Shown here: positions 1 to 13,351 of the stretch, one piece after another
Numbering within the stretch: the stretch's first letter is position 1
Layout of the letters: each line of letters opens with the position of its first letter
Source: Octopus sinensis
Taxonomy: Eukaryota
Reading direction: 5' to 3'
Assembly: GCF_006345805.1 (NCBI RefSeq)
Contig: NC_043017.1
Location: 21,452,001-21,516,000 of the forward strand
DNA: 64,000 nucleotides
The notes under the pieces: generated by a model
Seen by the model: only the letters and a program-made list of their open reading frames with translations
The model's database searches: none
What the model was told of the DNA's origin: nothing
Made by a program: the position numbers and the translations under genes

Positions 1-42
1 AGGTGATCTGAATTAAAAACCTTCCATTAATATTGTATACTA

Positions 43-253
43 TTACTCTTTACTCTTTTACTTGTTTCAGTCATTTAACTGCAGCCATGCTGGAGCACCG
101 CCTTTAGTCGAGCAAATCGACCCCGGGACTTATTCTTTGTAAGCCCAGTACTTATTCTATCGGTCTCTTTTGCCGAACCGCTAAGTTACGGGGACGTAAA
201 CACACCAGCATCGGTTGTCTAGCAATTCTAGGGGGACAAACACAGACACACAA

Positions 254-302
<49 letters not shown>

Positions 303-467
303 TATGACAGGCTTCTTTCAGTTTCCGTCTACCAAATCCACTCACAAGGCATTGGTTGGCCCGGGGCTATAGCAGAAGACACTCGCCCAAGATGCCACGC
401 AGTGGGACTGAACCCGGAACCATGTGGTTGGTTAGCAAGCTACTTACCACACAGCCACTCCTGCGCC
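43..467 (-). mobile_element. SINE family A (tRNA-derived head, internal TA/TG microsatellite, 3' tail ending in (AAAGAGT)n), full length
   Basis: Reverse complement reads GGCGCAGGAGTGGCTGTGTGGTAAG...GGTTCAGTCCC (A/B-box-like) ... CAGCATGGCTGCAGTTAAATGACTGAAACAAGTAAAAGAGT; near-identical copies recur across the window. Confidence 0.9.
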
Positions 468-2617
468 TATATGTTCATTTATGTTCTAAACACTGGCTTA
501 ATAACAGCAAAATTATTTTATTATATTCTTCGTTATTTTCCAAATAAATTGAAACAAAGACAGTGTATTTCAACAGGAATGTGGTAACAAAAGATTTAAC
601 CATTTTGATGCCAACCCTCCTGATACCAAACCTGGTTCTACGATACAAACTTCCTGTTTGAAAGTGATCAAAATTTCATGTTAATTTGTTCCAAACTCCA
701 AATTAATAATGACAAAGTGATTTCACTAAATTCTTAATTATTTTCCAAATAAACTGAAACGAAGGCAGTGTATATCAACAAAAATATGATTAAAAAAAGG
801 GCAGCGGTGAGGGTGGGGTGGGGGATGTTAAGTAGTTGTTAAGTGGATTTTTCTGTGTCTTTTGCAGAATGACAAATACTTGAAGCAGTCTTTTTGGTCC
901 TTGCCTGCCAACCAATCTCAGACTACCTTTGGTCCTGTGATACGCATTCCATGTTTTAAAGTTATCTAAAATTAAGAATTTCCATGCAAAATTTCATGTT
1001 AACTTATATTCCAAACAACAGATTGATAATGACAAAATATATTCGACTAATTTCTTCAATATTTCAAAAATTAATTGAAGCAAAACATGGCATATTTCAA
1101 CAGAAATATGGTAACAAAGGGTTAAAGAGATCTAAATTAAAACCTTCCACCAAAATTTCTCGTTAATTTATGTTCTAAACATTGGCTTAATAATGATGCA
1201 ATTATTTTGCTAAATTCTTCATTTTCATTCTTCAATATTAATTGGAAGCATGGCAGCGTATTCCAGTTGGGATACAGTGAAAAGGCAGTTAATAATGCCT
1301 AGTTTTCTCATAAAATTTTTGTGGTAAGAAGCTTGCTTCAAAGCCACATGGTTCTGGGTTCAATCCCACTGCATGGCACCTTGGGTAAGTGTCTTCTAAT
1401 ATACCCTCGGGCCGACCAAAGCCTTGTGAGTGAATTTGGTAGATGGAAACTGAAAGAAGCCCATTGTATACATATATTTATATATCTGTTTGATATATCA
1501 AGAAATAGACAAACATATTTCCTATGTCAAGTCCAACAGGAAACGGTGTTTCCTAGGGCTAAATAACAGTAGCATTCTTCCCTTTCATGGGACTGTCATA
1601 TTAAGTTGACAATATCCTATCACTTTATCATGCTGATACTGCATAAATCTTTCAGAGAGATTTAGAAACGTATTATTTCCAAATTGATCCCAGGACTTAT
1701 ATTTTATGCCTAGTACTTATTCTATCAGTTTCTTTTGCTAGTCTGCTAAGCTATGAGGATATAAACACACCAACGCCAGTTGTTAAGTAGCAGTGGGGGG
1801 ACAAACATAGACACAAAAACATACACACACACAGATATATAAATATATGTATACATATTTCTAGAATTTAATCATATATTATCTTGTAGTTACAAAATTT
1901 TGAAGATCTGGTTGTTAAATTTTGGATTAACATTGTAGAGTAAGTGTGAGAGGCTGGATTTGGCTAGCTTCAACATGAAGCCGGTAGAATATTTTGGCTG
2001 GATATAGCTGGCTTAAATGCTAAAGGGTTAAGGTGACACTAGATCTATGATCAAAGACATCCAACTGATGCTTACTCAGCCTTTTTCTCAAACACAAGAA
2101 AAGACAGCAAGGTGTGATCTGAGGAGGAGAAGTTTGGGCTGCTATTTCTAGCAGATAAAACAACTACACATAGACTCAACTGTTTGTCTATTTCTTGATA
2201 TATCAAACTTACACAAGTATTTGAAATATTATGTAAATAACAAATACACAAAAAGAAAAAAAAAGTTCTTCATAAAACTATAATGGAATTTTCACTGCAA
2301 ATCCAATCTAATTATAGCAGCTATTAGTGCAACTTAATGAGTTTTCAGACACAATTTTAATTTAAATCTGAACATTTTAATTAAGATTATTGCTAACATG
2401 CAACAAGAGGTGGTCTCAGACAGATTGATTTCATAGGAATTAAGTTAACATTTACAGACTTTGTCAGTCGGAAGAATACAGAGATACTAATTGTTTAGCC
2501 AGAGGCTATAGGTGGTCGTTGTTGTTGGTATTGCTGTGGTTGTTGTTTAGCCCCAATTGAGTAGATCTATGCATTGGGTCCTATAGTATTTATTTAGTGA
2601 CAGGAAACCACAACATA

Positions 2618-2815
2618 CAGGGATTAGAATTGGGTCTCCAGATCCATGAGTTTTTAACCTGTAATGATTCAAGGGCCAAGAACAGGGATTAGAATTGGGT
2701 CTCCAGATCCATGAGTTTTTAACCTGTAATGATTCAAGGGCCAAGAACCAGGGATTAGAATTGGGTCTCCATATTCATTGGTTTCTAACCTGTCATGAGT
2801 CAAGGGCCAAGAACC
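2618..2815. repeat. Tandem repeat, ~65-66 bp unit x3
   Basis: CAGGGATTAGAATTGGGTCTCC starts at 2618, 2683 and 2749. Confidence 0.9.
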
Positions 2816-3253
2816 ATGTGACAATGATGTCAGATTTCAATGATAAATTTCTCCAGTGGTGTAACCCAACAGAGAGGTCAGGGTTTCACAGATAAGCTGC
2901 TCATCATAAAGGTCACATGGTTAGACATACAGCCAACCAAAAATAGTGTCAGACTGTTTAAAATGCTTCATGTGGAACACTACAACTCTAGTTGACAGTG
3001 AATGTAGTGCTGTATGTTACTTGTATCATTGTACTATTCTTTTACTTGTTTCAGGTATCTGACTGCGGCCATGCTGGAGCACTGCCTTTAGACAAGCAAA
3101 TCGACCCCAAGACTTACTCTTTGTAAACCTAGTACTTATTCTATCAATCTCTTATGCCGAACTGCTAAGTTACAGGGGGTGTAACCACACCAGCATCAGT
3201 TGTCAAGCGATCCTGGGAGGACAAACACCCCCACACACCCCCACATACACACT

Positions 3254-3289
<36 letters not shown>

Positions 3290-3290
<1 letters not shown>

Positions 3291-4420
3291 GCTCCGATGG
3301 ATGTGTAATGTCAGTGTACATACTCGACAGAGCGTTAGCACCTTGAGAGAAATGTTGTACCTAAGAAGCATCAGTTGTGGTGTCAAGAGAGACGATTGCG
3401 CTGGTATGGTCATGTGGCGAGAATGGATGAAGATAGGTGTGTGAAAAGTGCCATCCCTAGCAGTTGAGGGACCCGTGGAAGAGGTAGACCCAGGAAAACC
3501 TGGGACGAGTGGTGAAGCACGACCTTCGAACTTTAGGCCTCACTGAGGAAATGACCAGAGACCGAGACCTTTGGAAATATTCTGTACGTGAGAAGACCAG
3601 GCAGGACAAGTGAGCAGCCCACCACTTATGAATGCCTTTCCTCCCTTGGACACAAAGACCGTTGAGGCAAGCGAAGTCGATATAGAACCTCATCCGACGA
3701 CAGACACCCATCCCAACCCCCCATGCTTGCGAAGACATGTTGGGGCAAGCGAAATCGAAACCGAATTGAACCAGCCAGGATCCCTGGCCTGGTGGTACGT
3801 AAAAAGCACTATCCGACTCGGGGCCGTGGCACGTAAAATACTCCAATGCGACCGTACGACAGGCCCATGCCAACCCCCTTTGCTTGTGAAGACATGTTGG
3901 GGCAAGCGAAATCGAAATCGAATTGAACCAGCAGGATCCCTGGTCTGGTGGTACGTAAAAAGCACTATCCGACTCGTGGCTGTGGCACGTAAAATACTCC
4001 AATGCGACCGTACGACAGGCACCCTTGCCAACCCCCTTTGCTTGTGAAGACATGTGGGGCAAACGAAATCGAAATCGAATTGAACCAGCCAGGATCCCTG
4101 GTCTGGTGGTACGTAAAAAGCACTATCCGACTCGTGGCCGATGCCAGCACCGCCTCGACTGGCTTCCGTGCTGGTGGCACATAAAATACACCAATGACCG
4201 TGGCCGTTGCCAGCCCCGCCTGGCACTGTGCAGGTGGCACGTAAAAAGCACCCACTACACTCACGGAGTGGTTGGCGTTAGGAAGGGCATCCAGCTGTAG
4301 AAACATTGCAAATTAGACTGGAGCCTGGTGCAGCTTCTGGCTTCCCAGAACCCCGGTCGAACCGTCCAACCCATGCTAGCATGGAGAACGGACGTTAAAC
4401 GACGATGATGATGAGATGAT
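3290..4420 (+). mobile_element. RTE-clade LINE 3' fragment (frameshifted ORF C-terminus, 3'UTR with ~157-bp tandem repeats, (GAT)n tail)
   Basis: Translates with frameshifts to RWYGHVARMDEDRCVK...GRGRPRKTWDE...DLRTLGLTEEMTRDRDLWKYSVREKTRQDK*, the typical RTE C-terminal motif; ends GGACGTTAAACGACGATGATGATG. The 5' boundary is approximate. Confidence 0.85.
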
Positions 4421-5774
4421 GAGATATATTTATATATATATACGACAGGCTTCTTTAAGTTTCCAGCAATCAACTCCACTCACAAGTCTTTGGTCAGCCC
4501 AAGGTTATAGTAGAAGACACTTGCCCAAGGTGCCACACAGTGGGACTGAACCTGGAACCATGTGGCAGGTAGCCCACTTATGTAGCCCTATGTTTTACAT
4601 GTATGTTTGCAATACATATCGCTCAATCTATTGGTGAAGCTGATCAAAACAAAATGGAAACACTGTTTCGTTTGAACACATACCTGACATGACGTGTGTT
4701 CAAAGAGCACAGATTCTTGAACTGATGATGGAATTAAAGCAAATTTTGGATGGACTTACCTGCAAAAGAGAATGAAAATAATCATATATATATATGTTGA
4801 ATCATAATTAGACATTAAATCAAGGTTAATTAATATTCTCTTCTACTCTAGGCACAAGGCCTGAAATTTTGGCGGAGGGGACCAGTCAGTTAGATTGACA
4901 CCAGTATGCGACTGGTACTTAATTTCTCAACCCCGAATGGATGAAAGGCAAAGTCTACCTCGGCGGAATTTGAACTCAGAATATAAAGATAGATGAAATA
5001 CTGCTAACATAAACAGCTAGAAAGACTGCTCCTAAGTATTTTGTCCACTCCAGTAACAACAACAACAACAAAAATAAATAAATAGATAAATATATAAATA
5101 GAAATTGATTACGACAAAAACAATGCCAGCAATATCAGCATGGTTGTTAAAGAATTTCTATCAGTTATTCAATGGTCTATCATATATTATTGAACTTTTA
5201 TTATTTATATTTTATCCAATACTGAAACATAAGGATACAAAAGACTCACATCTGATCACAAAAGCTCTTATATTTTTTTCATGAATCTTTTAATTGTGAA
5301 ATGATTTAGATTACAACATTTCCAATAACTGTAGGATGTAAAGCTTACTGATATATATCAAAGTCATGAAGTAGTGGATAGTATGGACAAAAAATACTAC
5401 ATAGGATATATATATATATATGTATATATATACACACACAAATATACATATGCATATGCATACATATATGTACACACACATGTGTGTGTGTATGAATATA
5501 TATATGTAAATACATACATACATACATGTTACACACACACGTATGTATATATATATATATGTAGATGCATATATTTGTCTGAACATATATAAATACCTAT
5601 GTACATGTGTGTGTACATATATATATATATGTATATATACATATGTACTTATATACATACGTTCTCCATACATAAGTACATATATACATTTTCACCATAC
5701 ATACATACATATATAGTTATTTTAGATACATACATATATTCTCCATACATACATTAATAATATGATGATATATA

Positions 5775-5816
<42 letters not shown>

Positions 5817-6907
5817 TCCATACACACATACATTCATACATATATATATTCTCCATGCATACATACATTCATACACACACACACACAAACATATATATAT
5901 ATCAGTCTTGTTTATACTAATTTCAAGCAAAGTGATATATTTTATCAATTGTAAATATATAAAATGAATGAATATGAAATAAAAGCAAAATGTCATTTGA
6001 TATCTCTATATGGACAATAATTGATATCTCTTGTCTTCTCACTTATAAATCACTAATATCTGATATTTTCCAAATTTCCCAAAATTTATCATAAAGGAAT
6101 GAAAAGGAAAGAGAGAAAAATTTAGTAAATTTAATTTTGTTTTCCACAAATTCTTGTTGAGAACTGGGATGGTTGAGTCTGTAGGGAAACGGGTAACCTT
6201 TGGTGAGAGTTTAGGACAGTAGTTCTTGAAGCAAAGAAAATGGTTCGTAGTTTTCTTTTAGGAGGCTTGGAATGAGAATGGAATCAACTGATATTGGGGA
6301 TTATTATCTATTTTACTGGTTTCAGTCACTGGACTGTGGCTACTCTGAAGCCAACCCAAGTGTTTTGGTGCTGCATAAAAAGCACTGGTGGTGTGCCATG
6401 TAAAAAGCACTGGTGATGGTGCCACATAAAAAGCACCTGGTACACTCTGTGGAGTGGTTGGCATGAGGAATGGCATCAAGCTATAGAGACCAAGTCAAAA
6501 CAAACTACAGAACCTGGTGGGGAGCCCCTGACATTGCCAGTTTCTGCCAAGCCGTCCAACCCATGCCAGCATGGAAAACTGATGTTAAATGACGATGATG
6601 ATGTACATATTCTATCTGTCTCTTTTGCTGAACCACTTAATCACAAAGACATAAACAAACCAACACCATTTGTCAAGCCAAGTGGCACATATAAAATTTG
6701 CTAGTCAAGACATTGTAGACAGCTTAAACAAACCTCCTTACAGGCCTGTTGCAACTTTTAAAAAACCACCATAAAACCTTTGCCCAATATGAAATGAAAT
6801 CTCACACAAACATGCTGGTCTTTCAAATTCTGCACTGCTTAACTCTTTATTGTTCAGATTACTTGATCAAATGCAGTGCTTACTTATTAACATTGTTCCA
6901 AATTTAA

Positions 6908-7128
6908 CCCTTTGGTGTTCACATTATTCTGCCAAAATTAATGCTTTTTAATCCACATTGTTTTGAACTAATCATGCATTATCTTGTAGCTATGAGATTT
7001 TGATGAGGTAGCTGTTAACTTTTAAAACGATATTGTAGGGTTGGTGTGAGAGACCAGATCTGGCCAGTTTGAACATAAAACAGGCAGAATACTTTTGGCC
7101 AGATATAGCTGGTTTAAATGCTTAAGGG
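6908..7128. mobile_element. piggyBac-like MITE
   Basis: TTAA|CCCTT ... AAGGG|TTAA termini (TTAA at 6904-6907 and 7129-7132); a related right end occurs near 2021-2031. Confidence 0.6.
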
Positions 7129-7362
7129 TTAATCATGGCCTAGCTCACAGCTTTGACATTTCAATGATAGTTTATAAACTATCATCAAGAAATAACTATT
7201 TTTAAAATGACCTTCAGAAACCGAGTCTGGTCAGATTGTGACAGGCTGGGTCTGGTCAGTTTGAACACAAAAACAAGTAGAATATTTGGGCCAGATATGG
7301 TCAGTTGAAATGTTAAAGTGCTAACTTGTGGCAATTCCCAAACACCCTGGCAAACACCAAAA

Positions 7363-7789
7363 TACTCTTTTACTCTTTTACTTGTTTCAGTCATTTGACT
7401 GTGGCCATGCTGGAGCAACGCCTTTAGTCGAGCAAATCGACCCCAGGACTTATTCTTTGTAAGCCTAGTACTTATTCTATCGGTCTCTTAGGTTGAACCG
7501 CTAAGTTACGGGGACGTAAATACACCAGCATCGTAAATACTGGGGACGTAAATACACCATTGTCAAGCGATGTTGGGGGGGACAAACACAGACACATAAA
7601 CATATATACACACATACACACACACATACATATATACGACAGGCTTCTTTCAGTTTCCGTCTACCAAATCCACTCACAAGGCTTTGGTTGGCCCGAGGCT
7701 ATAGTAGAAGACACTTGCCCAAGGTGCCACGCAGTGGGACTGAACCCAGACCCATGTGGTTGGTAAGCAAGCTACTTACCACACAGCCA
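7363..7789 (-). mobile_element. SINE family A copy
   Basis: Same head, body and tail as 43-467. Confidence 0.9.
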
Positions 7790-9162
7790 TGTGTAAATCG
7801 ATGTGTGGCTGTTTTTAGGACTGTGAGCCGGCAGAAATGTTAGCATGCCAGGAAAAATGCTTAACAGTGTTTTGTCCACCTTTATGTTCTGATTTCAAAT
7901 TCTGCTGAGGTCGACTTTGCCTTTCATCATTTCAGGGTCAATGAAATCAGTACCAGTGAAACACTGGAACAGACGTCGTCTTCTTTCAGTTTCCATCTAC
8001 CAAATATTCTTTTGAGCCTAAGAGTATAGTAGAAGATACTTGCCCAACATGCTGTGTAGTGGGACTGAACCTGGAACCGTGTGGTTGTGAAGCAAACTTC
8101 TTACCACACAGCTAGACTTGTTAAAAAACATTTTATATCTAGAGGAAAAAGAAACACACATACTAACTCTCTCTCTCTCTCTCTCTCACACTCTCTCTCT
8201 CACACACTCTCTCTCACACACACACTCTCTCTCTCTCTCTCTCTCTCTCATACACACACACATACAAAAATCAGTGAAATTAATGGAGACAGTTTTATTT
8301 TTTTTATGAAATAAACTGAAAATATGTTGCTATAAGGAGAAAATAAATCTCACCATTCAGAACTCTAAGAACGATTTTATTTCTAGTTTATATCCAAAAT
8401 TTTATCTATTGTGGGTCAAAGTTACAATTTTTAAAGAAATTCATTGTTCATGCTTTAGGTCAGGCTATAAATTTTAACAGATCAGTGAAATGATAAATAA
8501 AAAAAATCGTTATTATCATTGTCTTTTTTTTTTGTCATCGTATAAATGGGATTTTTAAATGATTTCAAAAGTTTAATGTTTTGGTATAACGCCAATAATA
8601 TTTTTGAAGATATAGGAAATAGAAAGAAAACTACATTACCTCTTAAGCGCAAGGCCTGTAATTTGGAGGGATAGACATCAAAGTCAGCCTCAAGGGAATT
8701 TAAACTCAGAATTTGAATATAGAAGAAGATGCTGCAAAACATTTTGTCCAGCATTCTACTGATTCTGTCAGGTCACTTCTTTAAACAATGCTATGACATG
8801 TCTACACATTATATTATTGCTTAGAGATAAAAGAAAAACTTACATAATCCTTTCTAATTTGGGTTTGAGGACAGCAATTTTTCAGAGGAGAATGAAATTG
8901 ATTTCATATGCCCCAGCAGGGCTGGTCCCAGGAAGTTTTTGAAGGGAGGGCACAAGGTCAGAACGGAATACAATACCAGGAGAAAAGGGCTTAATAGCAT
9001 TATTTAGAAGGGCTCGCTTCTTTTCTTGAGTGGGGCACATGCTCCTCAGGCACCCCCATCTCCTAGAACTGTTGACCTGAAACCTGAAAGTTGACCTGAG
9101 AGGGATTTGAGCTCAAAATGTAAATAAGTCAGAAGACATGGCACCAAGTATTTCAAATATTG

Positions 9163-9307
9163 CAGGTGTGGTATAAGCACAGGTGTGGTATAGGCACAGG
9201 TGTGGTATAAGCACAGGTGTGGTATAAGCACAGGTGTGGTATAGGCACAGGTGTGGTATAGGCACAGGTGTGGTATAGGCACAGGTGTGGTATAGGCACA
9301 GGTGTAG
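9163..9307 (+). repeat. 17-bp minisatellite (GCACAGGTGTGGTATAR) x~8 at the 5' end of a degenerate SINE A head
   Basis: Direct inspection; the array runs into GGCACAGGTGTAGCTATGCTGTAAG (SINE A head). Confidence 0.85.
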
Positions 9308-9789
9308 CTATGCTGTAAGAAGTTTACTTTCCAAGCGCAAGGGTCAAGGTTCAGTCCTACTGTGTGGCAACTTGGGCAAGTGTCATTTACAATTGATTCA
9401 GGCCAAGCGATAACTTGTTGCTAAATATGACAGACAGAAACTGAAAGAAGCCTGTCAGAAATGCGTGTGTGTGTGCACGCATGCATGTGCACGTGTGTGT
9501 GCATGCATGCATATGTGTGTGCATGCATGCATGAGTGTGTGCATGCATGCATGTGTGTGTATGCTTGTGCATGTGTGCCTCTGTGAGTATAATTGCAAAA
9601 ATTGCAAAGATAATGTGGAACTCGACTGAGGATAGAAAACTCTGAATGACCTGTCTTTGTTTTCTTTGTTTTGGCTGTCTGGATGTTTGGTTGTCCCTTT
9701 TTTGTATCATCTGTTTGAATGTTTTGCGGTCTTGTCCCATTTTTGTATTTTTTATATATATATGTACGTATATATGCACACACATTCTT

Positions 9790-10017
9790 TTATTTTTTTA
9801 CATGTTTCAGTCATTTGACCACAGCTATACTGGAGCACCAACTTAGAGGGATTTAGTTGAAGAAATCGACCCCAGCACTTATTCTTTGGTAAGCTTAGTA
9901 CTTATTTTATCAGTCCTTTTGCCGAACTGCTAAGTTACAGGGGACAGAAACACACCAACATCAGTCATCAAGTGATGGGGGGTGGGTACAAACACAAAGA
10001 TACACATATAAATCTAC

Positions 10018-10064
<47 letters not shown>

Positions 10065-10400
10065 AAGTTAATCCAAACATGAAAACACAAAGAGAAAACA
10101 CAACGCGAGGATGTGGAACAAATATAGTATTATTGGACGCTCAGGAAGGAAGGGAAGAAGGAGGGTTTTATGTTTTGAGCGGAACTCTTCGTCAGAAACA
10201 TAGGAAAAGGAAAGATCCATATATAAATATATATGACAGGTTTCTTTCAGTTTCTGTTTACCAAATCCACTCACAAGGCTTTGGCCGGCATGAGGAAATA
10301 GTAGAAAGCACCTGCCCAAGGTTCCATGCAGTGGGACTGAACCTGGAACCATGTGGTAGGCCAGGAAGCTTCTTACCACAGAGCCACATCTGCACCTATA
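9790..10400 (-). mobile_element. SINE family A copy interrupted in its microsatellite by a Penelope-like small repeat (~10064-10230)
   Basis: Tail at 9790-9990, head at 10230-10400; the insert is homologous to 34055-34230. Confidence 0.75.
10163..10202 (-). ncRNA. Degenerate minimal type I hammerhead motif in a Penelope-like repeat
   Basis: Minus strand GTTT-CTGACGA-A-GAG-TTCCG-CTC-AAAAC-ATA-AAAC; two G>A changes at CpG sites relative to the inferred GAAAC-GTA consensus. Confidence 0.5.
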
Positions 10401-12042
10401 CACACACACACACACACTTATATATATATACTTATACATACACATACTAATAAACTCTGCCTGACCCATTCAAGCACGGACAAGTGGATGCTGAATGATG
10501 GTGAAAAAGTGACAAGGATGTTTTGAAGACATAGAAAAAGGAGACAAAACTACAATATGAATGAATCATAATAATAATGTTGCTAAAGATAAAACTAATA
10601 AGATGATACCAGGATATATGAGATGGAGGGAACAGGGGAAAAAATATTGTTTCAAATGGAGATATTAGTCACTCAGTTGTTATCTGTTTTAGTGTCTGTC
10701 TGTTAGTCGTTTCTCGTTTCTCTCGGTGAGCAAGCTCTGATTTTGATGTCAGACATATCAAAAGACAGAAGACATTGTCGGCATTGATACATGGCTCGAG
10801 GGTGTCTCCTTTGAATTCCAAAAGAAACAAATTGATGGGTCAACCGGAGTTCAGGTGAAGACTCCACAGATTTCGTACGACGGAATTAATGTGGTTTTTA
10901 TTTTGTGCTCAGAGAGAAGTTTGTCAAAACCAAGAAAAATGGAAATAAAAAAAGAAAAAAAAATTTTTCCATGCTTTGGAAACTTCAGACTGAAGTTGTG
11001 AAAGAAAGTGAAAATTTTTATATCAATTCTTAAAATATTATTATTCTATACAAAAGAAATTTGAGAAGTGTGATTGGAAGTTTACAGCCCACTTTAACCT
11101 TGCAGTATATTTCAAATATATATTTGGAAGATTGTTAATAATTCAATATTTGAATAAGAAATATCTTTTACAATGAAAAATGAAATGGAATATTTTTCTT
11201 AATAAGAAAAAAAACAACAGGAGCAAAAACAAACATTTGAAAATTCAGAGAAATGAAAAATCATATAAAAATTTTTGATTTGACTATAATGTATCATCCT
11301 TATAAATAATATTTATCTTTTTAAATTTAAATTTAGAATCAGCTATTTATTTATTTATTTATTTATTTATTTTTCTAAAAAAATATATCATAAATCCCAA
11401 AATTATAAAAATTCAAGATTTATTTTTAAGATTTGTAAATACTTCTGGAAGAATATGTTTGTTGCTTCATTCACAAGAATTGGTGAATAAACAAATACAC
11501 TAACAGCAGTACAGCCTCAGTGGTAACAGTTTCAGAAAACTCATCATCATCATCATCATCACCACCACCACCACTACCATCATCATCATCAATCTCTCAG
11601 CCATTGAGTCACTTGTATTATAACAATGACCATTCAGCAGTAACCAAGAATGGTCAACCATCATCAACATCACCATTATGCACGCACACATACATACACA
11701 CACACAGATGTTGAAACTACAGTGACATCCATTTGGGGCAGCTGATGATGGGAATGCACACGTTATGCTTCATTGGGAATTTCTTATGTTCTTCATTCTT
11801 GTAAAATAGAAAGTGCTTGTAGAGTCATAGTCTTAGTAGTTAGGGCAGTCAGCTCATGATCATAAGGTCGTGAGTTCAATTCTCAGTGACGCATGTGTGT
11901 CCTTGAGCAAGACACTTTATTTCACATTGCTCCAGTTCCTTCAACTGGCAAAAATGCATAGTACCTGTATTTCAAAGGGCCGACTTTGACACTCTCTATG
12001 TCACGATGAATCTCCCTGAGAACTTCGTTAAGGGTACAGGTG

Positions 12043-12269
12043 GCGAGCTGGCAGAAACGTTAGCACACCGGACGAAATACTTAACGGTATTTCGTCTGCC
12101 GCTACATTCTGAGTTCAAATTCTGCCGAGGTCAACTTTGCCTTTCATCCTTTCGGGGTCGATTAAATAAGTACCAGTTACGCACTAGGGTCGATATAATT
12201 GACTTCATCTGTTTGTCTGTCCTTGTTTGTTCTCTCTGTGTTTAGCCCCTTGTGGGTAGTAAAGAAATA
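12043..12269 (+). mobile_element. SINE family B (tRNA head plus conserved GCCTTTCATCCTTTCGGGGTCGATTAAATAAGTACCAG core, Meta-domain-like), with 10-bp TSD
   Basis: TSD GGTACAGGTG at 12033-12042 and 12270-12279; B-box-like GTTCAAATTC; inserted in an older family C copy. Confidence 0.85.
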
Positions 12270-12348
12270 GGTACAGGTGTCTGTGGAATGCTCAGCCACT
12301 TGCAGGTTAATTTCACGAGCAAGCTGTTCCATTGATCGTATCAGATGA

Positions 12349-12730
12349 GAGGCGCAATCGCCCAGTGGTTAGGGTAGCGGACTCGCGGTCGTAGTATCGC
12401 GGTTTCGATTCCCAGACCGGGCATTGTGAGTGTTTATTGAGCGAAAACACCTAAAAAGCTCCACGAGGCTCCGGCAGGGATGGTGGTGATCCCTGCTGTA
12501 CTCTTTCACCACAACTTTCTCTCACTCTTACTTCCTGTTTCTGTTGTACCTGTATTTCAAAGGGCCGGCCTTGTCACTCTCTGTGTCACGCTGAATATCC
12601 CCGAGAACTACGTTAAGGGTACACGTGTCTGTGGAGTGCTCAGCCACTTACATGTTAATTTCACGAGCAGGCTGTTCCGTTGATCGGATCAATCGGAACC
12701 CTCGTCGTCGTAACCGACGGAGTGCTTCCA
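12349..12730 (+). mobile_element. SINE family C (tRNA-derived head GAGGCGCAATNGCCYAGTGGTTAGGG), young copy
   Basis: Near-identical to 41794-42183. Confidence 0.85.
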
Positions 12731-13351
12731 TATCCATCAGCTGGGACCCTCATCGTCATAACCAGCGGAATGCTCCTACTACAACATATAACCATGAGTC
12801 ATCATTGGATTAAGCTAAAAAAAAACAATGGATTTCAATGTAGCAACATTAGTTTCGTGTTTGTTTACTTGTAACATCATCTCTTTTATTCACTTTGGTG
12901 AAGAGGAAGGAAATTTTTCTGAGAATGTGAAGACAACGTATGCCAATACATAGAAGTTATAATTTAAATTAATTGGATTGGTTCAGTAGAATTTCCTCGT
13001 TTACAATTTTTTTTTTTTTTTTCTCGTGGGGCGGTTTTGTTAATATTATTGAAATCTCAAAACTAATTAAATTTCTATGGAAGAAGATTGTTTTGTCTAA
13101 TTAACAATGTAAGTAACAGCAACCAATTACTACAATTGCTAAACCCAAATGACGAACCATACTGAAACAACAACAACAACAATGATTATGATGATGATGA
13201 TGATGGACTCTCCCGTTGAAGATGGCGTATGAGCGTCCAGCTTTTGCTGAGTAACCTACTCAGATGACTAGTTTATGGTGGTCAATTTAAGAGCCATACA
13301 TTAGCTCACTTCCACCAACAAATCGACGTTGTATGAAGAGGTACACAGATA

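Noticed and set aside
356-587. Recurrent ORFs such as RRHLPKMPRSGTEPGTMWLVSKLLTTQPL seen many times in the track
   Set aside because: Antisense translations of the SINE A head; repeated because the SINE is repeated.
3713-4140. Regularly spaced repeats that might suggest a CRISPR-like array (also 23542-23820 and 49930-50450)
   Set aside because: The units are contiguous tandem copies with no unique spacers, inside eukaryotic retroelements.
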